Below are positions 40,822 through 49,660 of a stretch of DNA of 64,000 nucleotides, in pieces; position 1 is the stretch's first letter, and each line of letters opens with the position of its first letter. Location of the stretch: the IMG/VR virus record IMGVR_UViG_3300015244_001866, positions 1 to 64,000 of that record. One strand, given 5' to 3'. The translations under genes and the position numbers were made by a program. The notes beneath the pieces were generated by a model. The model did not search any database and was not told the DNA's origin. It saw only the letters and a list, made by a program, of their open reading frames with translations. This DNA comes from a virus.

Positions 40822-42932
40822 CCATTGCACAAGATATCAGTTTTATACTCAATACTGGTACGGTAAACAGCGTTTCTTTGGGTTGTTGCTCACTAGGCGC
40901 TGCCTCAAGTGGTTGCAATAACGTTGCTATTGGCGTTTGTTCTCTATCAACTAACACTGCTGGGTCAAATAATATTGCACTTGGCCAATGCGCCCTAAAA
41001 TCAAATACCGCTGGTTGCAGTAACATTGCACTTGGCTTGAGTAATCTCTTCTCAAATACCACTGGCTGCAATAACATTGCAATTGGCCATTGTTCTCTTT
41101 ATTCAAATACCATAGGTGCATTGAACATTGCTATCGGGTGCGAGGGCATGTTCTGCAATACCACCGGCTTTGGTAATATTGCTGTTGGACATTGTACTCT
41201 TCGATTTAATAACAGTGGTAGTCAAAATCTTGCTTTAGGTGCTCTGGCACTGCGTGCCAACACCTACGGCGATAAAAATATTGCCATAGGTGGTCTTGCC
41301 CTAAGATCAAATACCACCGGCAACCATAATATTGCCATGGGCTACGGAGCCCTCTACGGAAATACTACTGGTGGATTGAACATTGCTATTGGTTGTTGTG
41401 CAATGCGGACAGGTAGTAGCGGCAACTCAAATATTGCCATTGGCTACGGTAGTAACTTCTGCAACACTTACGGAAGTTGCAACATCAGCATTGGTCATTG
41501 CACCTTGTTCCGTAACAGAACTGGGTGTAATAACGTTGCAATTGGATGTCTTACTTTACAAGGCAACTCAGGCGGCTATAATAATATAGGCATTGGCGCC
41601 TGCGCCATTCAATCTAATACCACCGGCTACGGCAACATTGCAATTGGTGATGGCGCTCTGGGCGGTGCTGGTGCTGGATTAGCTCTTAATTCACGCAATA
41701 CAGTGATTGGTACGAACGCCATGAGAAGAACTACCTGTAACTGTAATAACGTGGCGGTCGGGTTTGCGGCTTTCTTTTGTAACACTACAGGATGTGGTAA
41801 TACAGCCATAGGGACCTCCGCTCTTTGTTTTAATACCAGCGGTCTGTGTAACATTGCTATAGGAAATGGAGCAGCCCTCTGTACGACCATTGGGTCTTAT
41901 AATGTTGTTATAGGAAGTACCACCAGTGTAGAAATTGCCACTAGTAATTGTTATGTGGTCCTAGCTGATGGTGCTGGAACAGTTCGACAAGTATGGTCAG
42001 GTACCGGTGCTCTAAGCATAGGCCCAACTTATACTAATTTTGGTACTGCTGGACAAGTCTTGTGCAGTAACGGTCCCATGAGTCCTCCTGCTTGGGCCAC
42101 TGTGGCCAGTTCTGGTGGAGGTAGTGCCGCTGGTAATTTTGTTGAAGCTGGCCTATTCAGTACCAGTGTGAGCAATCAAGTAGGTTATTCAGTACCAGGC
42201 GACTCTTTTACCACAACCTATATTACCACAGGTACAGGCATTATTGCCACCATGCCCAGCACTACAGGCACTAGATATATCATACACAGCCTGCACATTA
42301 CAAATACTGCGGCCAGTGATGCTGAAATTACGGGCAGATTTGAACATACTATGGGCACTGGCGGGTCAAGCTCAACCTCAATAACTATTGATCACGTTAG
42401 TTTCTTTGCCAGCAGACTACCTGTACCCAGCGGATCAGCAGTTGAACTGTTTAAGAAACCACAAATTTTATATCCTAACGATATTGTAAGACTACAGGCC
42501 ACCAGCGCCAACGGTGGCGGTGGTGTTAATAATCAACTTTTTGCCTATATGATCTATGAGTCATCTACAGACTACACTTATCAATCAGGCAACTATAATC
42601 TAGCCAGTGCCAGCCCCGCTAATATATACACCAGCCAACTAAGCACTGGTACCACCACAGCCACAGCCTATCCCAGCATTATTGAAAGTGTGCGAGTAAC
42701 CAACTATTCCAACGTGGCTGACTATAGGATTACAGTATTTTGGACTAACTCTGCAAACGTAATTCAAAGTTATTTGGCCTACAACATGTTAATACCCGCA
42801 TATTCTACAGTTGAAATACTTGAAAAAGTAAAACGCATAACCTCAGGCGATATCATTAAGGCCGTTCCCGAAGCTCCTAACGTGCTAAGTATTCAAGTTA
42901 GCAGTAAGATACTTACTTCTACCTTTATTTAA
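40818..42932 (+). CDS. Cys-rich beta-roll fibre protein with two C-terminal small beta-sandwich domains
   Basis: Likely start is ATG 40818 (GGAG at 40806; MTIA, as at 62010). NxAIG repeats; connector shared with the 2495-aa protein. Confidence 0.78.
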   Translation: MTIAQDISFILNTGTVNSVSLGCCSLGAASSGCNNVAIGVCSLSTNTAGSNNIALGQCALKSNTAGCSNIALGLSNLFSNTTGCNNIAIGHCSLYSNTIGALNIAIGCEGMFCNTTGFGNIAVGHCTLRFNNSGSQNLALGALALRANTYGDKNIAIGGLALRSNTTGNHNIAMGYGALYGNTTGGLNIAIGCCAMRTGSSGNSNIAIGYGSNFCNTYGSCNISIGHCTLFRNRTGCNNVAIGCLTLQGNSGGYNNIGIGACAIQSNTTGYGNIAIGDGALGGAGAGLALNSRNTVIGTNAMRRTTCNCNNVAVGFAAFFCNTTGCGNTAIGTSALCFNTSGLCNIAIGNGAALCTTIGSYNVVIGSTTSVEIATSNCYVVLADGAGTVRQVWSGTGALSIGPTYTNFGTAGQVLCSNGPMSPPAWATVASSGGGSAAGNFVEAGLFSTSVSNQVGYSVPGDSFTTTYITTGTGIIATMPSTTGTRYIIHSLHITNTAASDAEITGRFEHTMGTGGSSSTSITIDHVSFFASRLPVPSGSAVELFKKPQILYPNDIVRLQATSANGGGGVNNQLFAYMIYESSTDYTYQSGNYNLASASPANIYTSQLSTGTTTATAYPSIIESVRVTNYSNVADYRITVFWTNSANVIQSYLAYNMLIPAYSTVEILEKVKRITSGDIIKAVPEAPNVLSIQVSSKILTSTFI

Positions 42933-42941
42933 AGGTCAATA

Positions 42942-43598
42942 ATGAGTTTAATGATAGCATTACCCTGTTACGGTGGACAGGTTTCCGAAAAAACTACCAG
43001 CGGGTTGTTCAATTTAGGTAAAATGTTAGTAAGGAATGATATTCCCCACGGCCTACTGACACTGGCAAATTCAAGTTTAATATCGCAGGGCCGCAGTAAG
43101 ATAGCCAATTTTTTTGTAAATAATACTGACTATGATTATCTGTTCTTTTTAGACAGTGACATAGGCTTTGATCCTAGCGATGTATTAAAATTAATGCATC
43201 TAGGAAAGACAATCAGCTGTGCGGCCTATCCTATGAAAACTATACCCGTTAGATACAATTATACACTCAGTCGTCCGGAACAACGTGACGGAGGTCTAGT
43301 CAAAATTGACAGCATGGGTCTAGGTTTTGCCATGATTCATCGACGGGTATTTTTAGACATTGCTAGAAAATACGGAGAAGAATTATTCTATATACCAGAT
43401 GATGGTTCTAGCAATGTACCTCACACACAAGAAGAAAAGACCAATAGCTATCATTACTTTTTAGAAATGCGTAACAGCACTGGTTATATGGCTGAAGATA
43501 TCAGCTTTTTTACTCGAGCAAGTTCAGTAGGACATGATGCATGGTTAGACACTGAGATTGAATTGTGCCATATTGGCAATCACGTTTTTAGAGCATAA
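42942..43598 (+). CDS. Glycosyltransferase, GT-A fold
   Basis: MIALPCY N-terminal strand, YLFFLDSDI (DxD), GLGFAMIHR, AEDISFF and LCHIG. Confidence 0.8.
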   Translation: MSLMIALPCYGGQVSEKTTSGLFNLGKMLVRNDIPHGLLTLANSSLISQGRSKIANFFVNNTDYDYLFFLDSDIGFDPSDVLKLMHLGKTISCAAYPMKTIPVRYNYTLSRPEQRDGGLVKIDSMGLGFAMIHRRVFLDIARKYGEELFYIPDDGSSNVPHTQEEKTNSYHYFLEMRNSTGYMAEDISFFTRASSVGHDAWLDTEIELCHIGNHVFRA

Positions 43599-43603
43599 CA
43601 ACT

Positions 43604-46600
43604 ATGGGGCAACGGGGAGCATTTATACTTGGCCAGGTGCATAACAAACAGTTAAGCACATATACTCAACTTACATCTGGTGAAGGCACTATTGGAAATA
43701 CTGGTACTTTATATACCAGTATCAACACTTGGGATCTTGGAAACTCTGGTACCTACGGATGGTGGGGTAGTGGCACAGCGGCGCCGGTTCCTACTACTGT
43801 TAGTACAGTAGACCGAATAGATTTTGCCAATGATAGTCCTACTAGTTCTAGCGTTCGTGGACCACTAACTTCAACAAGATATGCTATTGCAGCCGCAGGC
43901 AACGCCAACTACGGATGGTTTAGCGGTGGCTATACGCCATCCGCACCTACCAGCGACGTTCAAAGAATTGACTATGCTAATGATAGTCCTGTTAGTTCCA
44001 GTCTTCGTGGCAACCTATTAATAAACAATACTCGACATGGCGCCGTAAGCAATGCTAATTATGTTTGGTGGGGAGGGGGTCGCACACCGGCCGGGAAATC
44101 AAGTGTTTATCGACTAGATGTTGCTAATGACAGTCCCACTTCTCCTACCCAGCGAGGTCCTCTCTCTGCCGGGGGATATAATCTAGGATCAACTGGTAAT
44201 GCCAACTATGGTTGGTTTGTTGGTCTAAACCCAAGTTACGATGGCACCGCTTCGTCTTTTGTGTGTCGAATAGACTACTCAAATGATAGTCCTGCTACTG
44301 GTAGTACTCGTAGTCCGTTAGCTTCAACAAGATATAAACGTTTTGCCGTTAGCAATGCCAACTATGGATGGTTTGGTGGTACTGTAAATATCTCAGCTAA
44401 TACTACTACAGTAGAACGTATAGACTTTTCCAACGATAGCCCTACATCAGGTAGCATTCGTGGACCTCTTAGCGCGGTATCGTATCATAGTGGTGCAAGT
44501 AATGCCAACTATGGATGGTTTGGGGGAGGACTCGGATATCTCCCAGGTGTTGCCCATGTCAGTACTGTTGATCGTCTAGATTTTGCCAATGATACCGCAA
44601 CCGGTAGTATAAGAGGTCCGCTAAGTGTAGCAAAAAGAGGAGGATCTCAATCTTCTACCTCAAACTATGTTAAAACAACATCTCCGAACCTACAATATCC
44701 TACACAGGCGCTGGGATCCAATCAACCTGTGGCAGGCTATGGTTGGTATGGGGGTGGATCTAATGCTGGCTCTACTGGTGCAGTGTCTTATGTAGACCGT
44801 ATAGACTTTTCCAACGATAGTCCTACCACAACTAGTGCTCGTGGATTCTTAAGTGCTGTTAGGGTTAGCATGGGGGCCACTGGCAATGCCAACTATGGGT
44901 GGTTTGGCGGCGGTAGCGGGAATCCAACCACTACAAAACTTAGTTCCGTAAACCGCATAGACTACTCAAACGATAGTCCTACTTCAGGCAGCCCCCGTGG
45001 ATTTTTAAGTGTAGCTAGGTCGAATTTGTCGGCCACTGGCAATGCCAACTATGGTTGGTGGGTTGGTGGCTTTCTTCCTGCTCCTAGCGTTGGAACTAGT
45101 TATGTTGATCGTATAGATTTTTCAAACGACAGTCCTACTACTGCCAGCCCCCGCGGTCCGTTAGGTGTAGCAACTATATATTCAACAGCTGCCACAGGCA
45201 ATGCTAATTATGGTTGGTTTATGGGCGGATATACCAGTCAAGTGCATAGAATTGACTTTAGTAATGATAGTCCTGCTACGTCAAGTTTAAGGGGGTTGAT
45301 GCCTGCGGTATACGGAAATCGAGCCGCTACAGGAAATGCAAATTATGGATGGTTTGCTGGCGGAGCACAACCAGGCGCAGTAAGTACAGTCAATCGTATA
45401 GATTTTAGCAATGACAGCCCCACTGCCGCCAGCATTAGAGGTCTGTTAAGTTCAGCCCGACAGCAACTAAGTGCCGCTGGTAATGCCTACTATGGTTGGT
45501 TTAGTGGAGGTGTACCTCCGGCTGGCGTTAGTACTGTTGACCGTATAGATTACAGTAATGATAGCCCAACAAGCGCCAGCCCTCGTGGATTCCTAAGTAG
45601 TGCTAGGTATGGTCACGGAGGTACTTCAAACTATGTAAAACCCAGTATTGGTCAAATTAAACTGGCTGATCCGTTTGTCGGCGGTGGCGGCCCCACTGTA
45701 GGTACCTACGGATGGTGGGGCGGTGGTTCAGCAAACCCAGTACCCAGCATAACCAGTATTATAGATCGTATAGATTGGGCCAATGACAGCCCTGCCACTG
45801 CCAGTGTTCGTGGTCCGATGATTTCAGCTCGCTATCACTTTGCTGCCGCAGGAAACGCCAACTATGGATGGTTCGCAGGCGGAATGGCGCCAAGCGATAC
45901 CAGTAATATTCAAAGAATTACCTATGCCAACGATAGTCCCGGTGCATCTGAAACTCGAGGCCCCCTACCGGTGAATAATAGTCGTTTTACCGCTGTGAGT
46001 AATGCAAACTATGTTTGGTTTGCTGGGGGACAAAATGGTGCGTTGTCAAGCGTCCATCGATTAGATGCTTCAAATGATAGTCCAACAAGCGCCAGTATTC
46101 GTGGTCCTCTTTCTGCCGTTGGATATAATCTAGGATCAACTGGCAATAGTAACTATGGGTGGTTTGCTGGTGTTGGCTCCGGCGTAAGGTCCACGGTCAA
46201 CCGTATAGACTATTCAAATGACAGTCCAACAAGCGCCAGCATTCGTGGTCCTTTAGTTTCAGCTCGATATAAATTTGCTGCCGTATCTAATGCCAACTAC
46301 GGATGGTTTGCTGGAGTTAATACTTTTACTGGTACACCTAGTACAATACAACGTATAGATTTTGCCAACGACCTTGTCACATCTGTTCTTCGTGGAAATC
46401 TTACTGCTGGATCATATAAGAGTGCTTCAGGTAACGCCAACTACGGATGGTTTGGTGGTGGACTTGATGGATCATCTAACATTGTCAGTACTGTTGATCG
46501 TCTAGATTTTGCCAATGATTCTGCAACCGGTAGTGTAAGAGGTCCGCTAAGTGTAGCAAAAAGAGGAGGAAGTCAGAGTTCTACTTCAAATTATCTTAAA

Positions 46601-47602
46601 AATTCACCACAGGTTAATATTGCCCGATATTTCAAAGGCAGTGGTACAGCGGATAATTCTTCAGTATATACCTCTATTAACGTTGGTATCTACGGCTGGT
46701 TTGCTGGCGGCAACTCCCTTCTTTCTAGTATCAGTAGAATTGATTTTGCCAATGACAGTCCTACCGTTGGCACAGCTCGCGGCATATTAAGTGTTAGTAG
46801 AGTCCGTCCAGGAAGTGCGGGTAATGCTAATTATGGGTGGTTTGGTGGTGGATATACCTCAGGTAATGCGTCTCTAAGCACGGTTGATCGACTCGACTAT
46901 GCCAATGATAGCCCTGCTACCAGTATTCGCGGTCAATTGACCATTGCCCGGCAGGCCCCAGGAGCTACTGGTAATGCCAATTATGGCTGGTTTATAGGAG
47001 GATTTGCCCCTGGTGCTCCTCTTACAAAAAGCAGTATAGATCGCATAGACTATGCCAATGACAGCCCTACCTCGGCTGGTGCTAGGGGCCTACTACCACT
47101 ACAGGCTTCGCAAGGCAGCGCCACAGGTAATGCTAACTATGGATGGTATGCTGGTGGCAATTCTGGAGGACCTGTTATCTTTGGTATGAGCATAGTCCAA
47201 CGAATAGATTTTTCAAATGACAGTGCCACTGCTGTTTATCGAGGCCCGTTGAGTTCGACTAGATATGCGTTAGGAGCAACGGGCAATAGTAATTATGGCT
47301 GGTTTGCAGGCGGCACTGTTCCCGGACCTGCGCAAACAAGTAGGGTAGAACGTATAGATTATTCCAACGATAGCCCTACGTTGGCTATGATTCGAGGACC
47401 ATTAACTGCAACTAAAGTTTTAGGCGGAGTTGCAGGTAATGCTAATTATGGTTGGTTTGGCGGCGCACAAGTTCCTGGCGGACCTTTAAGTAATGTAGAC
47501 CGCATAGATTACTCAAACGATAGCCCTACAAGTGCCAGTCCTCGTGGATTTTTAAACGTTGCAAGAGGAGAACCTGGCGCAACATCAAACTACGTACGAT
47601 AA
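43604..47602 (+). CDS. Four-propeller Kelch-like repeat protein 1 (24 blades)
   Basis: ~48-aa repeats GNANYGWFxGG...VDRIDFxNDSP...RGPL in four groups of six, separated by unique linkers. Confidence 0.82.
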   Translation: MGQRGAFILGQVHNKQLSTYTQLTSGEGTIGNTGTLYTSINTWDLGNSGTYGWWGSGTAAPVPTTVSTVDRIDFANDSPTSSSVRGPLTSTRYAIAAAGNANYGWFSGGYTPSAPTSDVQRIDYANDSPVSSSLRGNLLINNTRHGAVSNANYVWWGGGRTPAGKSSVYRLDVANDSPTSPTQRGPLSAGGYNLGSTGNANYGWFVGLNPSYDGTASSFVCRIDYSNDSPATGSTRSPLASTRYKRFAVSNANYGWFGGTVNISANTTTVERIDFSNDSPTSGSIRGPLSAVSYHSGASNANYGWFGGGLGYLPGVAHVSTVDRLDFANDTATGSIRGPLSVAKRGGSQSSTSNYVKTTSPNLQYPTQALGSNQPVAGYGWYGGGSNAGSTGAVSYVDRIDFSNDSPTTTSARGFLSAVRVSMGATGNANYGWFGGGSGNPTTTKLSSVNRIDYSNDSPTSGSPRGFLSVARSNLSATGNANYGWWVGGFLPAPSVGTSYVDRIDFSNDSPTTASPRGPLGVATIYSTAATGNANYGWFMGGYTSQVHRIDFSNDSPATSSLRGLMPAVYGNRAATGNANYGWFAGGAQPGAVSTVNRIDFSNDSPTAASIRGLLSSARQQLSAAGNAYYGWFSGGVPPAGVSTVDRIDYSNDSPTSASPRGFLSSARYGHGGTSNYVKPSIGQIKLADPFVGGGGPTVGTYGWWGGGSANPVPSITSIIDRIDWANDSPATASVRGPMISARYHFAAAGNANYGWFAGGMAPSDTSNIQRITYANDSPGASETRGPLPVNNSRFTAVSNANYVWFAGGQNGALSSVHRLDASNDSPTSASIRGPLSAVGYNLGSTGNSNYGWFAGVGSGVRSTVNRIDYSNDSPTSASIRGPLVSARYKFAAVSNANYGWFAGVNTFTGTPSTIQRIDFANDLVTSVLRGNLTAGSYKSASGNANYGWFGGGLDGSSNIVSTVDRLDFANDSATGSVRGPLSVAKRGGSQSSTSNYLKNSPQVNIARYFKGSGTADNSSVYTSINVGIYGWFAGGNSLLSSISRIDFANDSPTVGTARGILSVSRVRPGSAGNANYGWFGGGYTSGNASLSTVDRLDYANDSPATSIRGQLTIARQAPGATGNANYGWFIGGFAPGAPLTKSSIDRIDYANDSPTSAGARGLLPLQASQGSATGNANYGWYAGGNSGGPVIFGMSIVQRIDFSNDSATAVYRGPLSSTRYALGATGNSNYGWFAGGTVPGPAQTSRVERIDYSNDSPTLAMIRGPLTATKVLGGVAGNANYGWFGGAQVPGGPLSNVDRIDYSNDSPTSASPRGFLNVARGEPGATSNYVR

Positions 47603-47638
47603 TTTTTCACCGCTAGTGATACATCATTAAATAGCACT

Positions 47639-48280
47639 ATGATGCTAGAAAAAAATATCATAGTTATAGATGATTTTCATGACAACCCCAGTGAAGTAAG
47701 ACAATTTGCTCTTTCCAGAGAGTATCCTACACCTAAAAATCATACCTATCCCGGACTCAATAGTACCAGATCGTTAGATGGAATATATTATAATGACAAA
47801 ATGCATGACCGAATACAGTCAGCTATAGGTCGCACCGTGATTCCCCAGTCTCCTGACAAAACTGGAGGAGACTGCGGATATTTTAGAATTAGTCTAGCCG
47901 CGGACAGTTTTGAACAAGACATACATGTTGATCCAGGCAGTGATTGGGGCGGAGTTTTATTCTTAAACATAGGCAGCCAATGCGATCCTGAATCTGGAAC
48001 CAGCTTTTGGAGACACAAAAAATTTGGTTCAGAACGTGTGCCAATGACTCCAGAAGAAGGCAAGATCTATGGATACAGTGATTATGAAGAACTTAGATCT
48101 AACATTATCTACGGCGATGGTCTAGATCGAAGTCTATGGGATAGATATTGTTTTGTTCCTATGAAATATAATCGACTGGTTTTATTCAGTCCCTATCTAT
48201 GGCACAGTCATGGAACCAACTTTGGCGACAGCATAGAAAATGGTCGCCTTGTACAACTATTTTTTTACTCATATGGATAA
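47639..48280 (+). CDS. 2OG-Fe(II) oxygenase-fold protein (DUF6445-like), leaderless
   Basis: IIVIDDFHDNP...YPG; HVD...WGGVLFL...GTSFW...YNRLVLF...WH...RLVQLFF gives an HxD...H triad plus Arg. Confidence 0.8.
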   Translation: MMLEKNIIVIDDFHDNPSEVRQFALSREYPTPKNHTYPGLNSTRSLDGIYYNDKMHDRIQSAIGRTVIPQSPDKTGGDCGYFRISLAADSFEQDIHVDPGSDWGGVLFLNIGSQCDPESGTSFWRHKKFGSERVPMTPEEGKIYGYSDYEELRSNIIYGDGLDRSLWDRYCFVPMKYNRLVLFSPYLWHSHGTNFGDSIENGRLVQLFFYSYG

Positions 48281-48830
48281 AGAATTCAAAAATTACTACG
48301 TGCCAAATTTTCCAATATCGCGTGTTACCAACGAAGCCATGGATGGATGGATACATAATCCCAACGATCAAAAATATCGTTATGGTTTTATAGAAGGCAT
48401 ACTTGAGCATATTGAAAATACAGGCTATTGCGAACCTGTAAGAATTGCCATAAACTCAGATATAGACATTGCCGCTGGTCCATGTGGCCTCGCTAGATTT
48501 TATGGATTTAAACACTACAAGAAAGCCACACATATTCCAGCATTGGTAAACACTAGAGAACTCAAAGATTGGTTTGGACCAGACGTTAGAGAAATAACCA
48601 CAGAAGAAGAATTTTACAGCCTGTTCTTATTCAAACCCCATCAGGTTAGTTTTGAACTCAACGGACAGATCATCTGGTGGAACAAACGTCCTGATCCAGA
48701 AACTGCTCGACGCACTATGAAAATTAAAAACATTGACAGATGGGTACGTTCAATTATGGAACCAGAAGAAGTGGCTCGACTAGAAGCACAGGAAAGAAGC
48801 ACTAGGTCTAACCGAGCATTTTTACTATGA
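48273..48830 (+). CDS. Hypothetical protein
   Basis: The track ORF starts at 48240; ATG 48273, overlapping the upstream gene end by 8 nt, is the more plausible start. No family recognised. Confidence 0.6.
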   Translation: MDKEFKNYYVPNFPISRVTNEAMDGWIHNPNDQKYRYGFIEGILEHIENTGYCEPVRIAINSDIDIAAGPCGLARFYGFKHYKKATHIPALVNTRELKDWFGPDVREITTEEEFYSLFLFKPHQVSFELNGQIIWWNKRPDPETARRTMKIKNIDRWVRSIMEPEEVARLEAQERSTRSNRAFLL

Positions 48831-49651
48831 GGCAGTATTTTTTTATGTCTGGACTGCCTAGAAGCGGTAGCACCCTGCTTGGTGCTCTACTGAATCAGCA
48901 TCCTGAACTACACTGTGGTGCTATCAGTCCTGTGCTAGAAATAATGTATCACACTGAGCAGTATTTTAAAACCAGCGAGCAGTACAATGCCTACCCCAAA
49001 CCAGATCAAGCACATAAAATTGTCAGTAGCGTCATAGACAATTTTTATTCAGATATAGAAAAGCCATATATTGTAGATAAAAGTCGAGCTTGGCCAAACA
49101 ATGTAGAAAGAATTACACAGTATATTACACCTAACGTTAAAATTATTTGTCCTGTGCGTTCTGTTGTGAATATCTTGGCTAGTTTTATTGCTCTAATACA
49201 TCGTAATCCTGACGAAGTCAGCTATATTGACAAGGAATTAATTAACAAAGGCGTAAGTATAAATGATGTTAATCGTTGCCGTTACTTAATGAGTTCTGAT
49301 GGAATAATTGATCAAAGCCTATATGCTTTTAGCCAAGGATTTGCCAAGGGTAAAGAATCTAATCTGCTGTTAGTAGAGTACGAAGATCTAGTCAGCAACA
49401 CACAACAGACCATGGATCGCATTTATGCGTGGTTGGCTATCCCCAGTCACCAGCATGACCTAGAAAATATAGACAATAAATACAGGGAAGATGATGCGGT
49501 TTATGATCTAAAAGACATGCACGAAGTTAGGCCCAAAGTTGAAAAAACAGCTAGAAGACCTGAAGAAATACTGAGTGCAGATATTATAGAACAATACAAA
49601 GGCCTAGACTTTTGGAGAAAACCTAAAATCATCAAAAATTTTATTCTCTAA
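48827..49651 (+). CDS. PAPS-dependent sulfotransferase family protein
   Basis: 5'-PSB loop SGLPRSGSTLL, DKSR, KIICPVR...ILAS (3'-PB) and VEYEDLV. Confidence 0.88.
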   Translation: MRQYFFMSGLPRSGSTLLGALLNQHPELHCGAISPVLEIMYHTEQYFKTSEQYNAYPKPDQAHKIVSSVIDNFYSDIEKPYIVDKSRAWPNNVERITQYITPNVKIICPVRSVVNILASFIALIHRNPDEVSYIDKELINKGVSINDVNRCRYLMSSDGIIDQSLYAFSQGFAKGKESNLLLVEYEDLVSNTQQTMDRIYAWLAIPSHQHDLENIDNKYREDDAVYDLKDMHEVRPKVEKTARRPEEILSADIIEQYKGLDFWRKPKIIKNFIL

Positions 49652-49660
49652 ACTGGGGCT

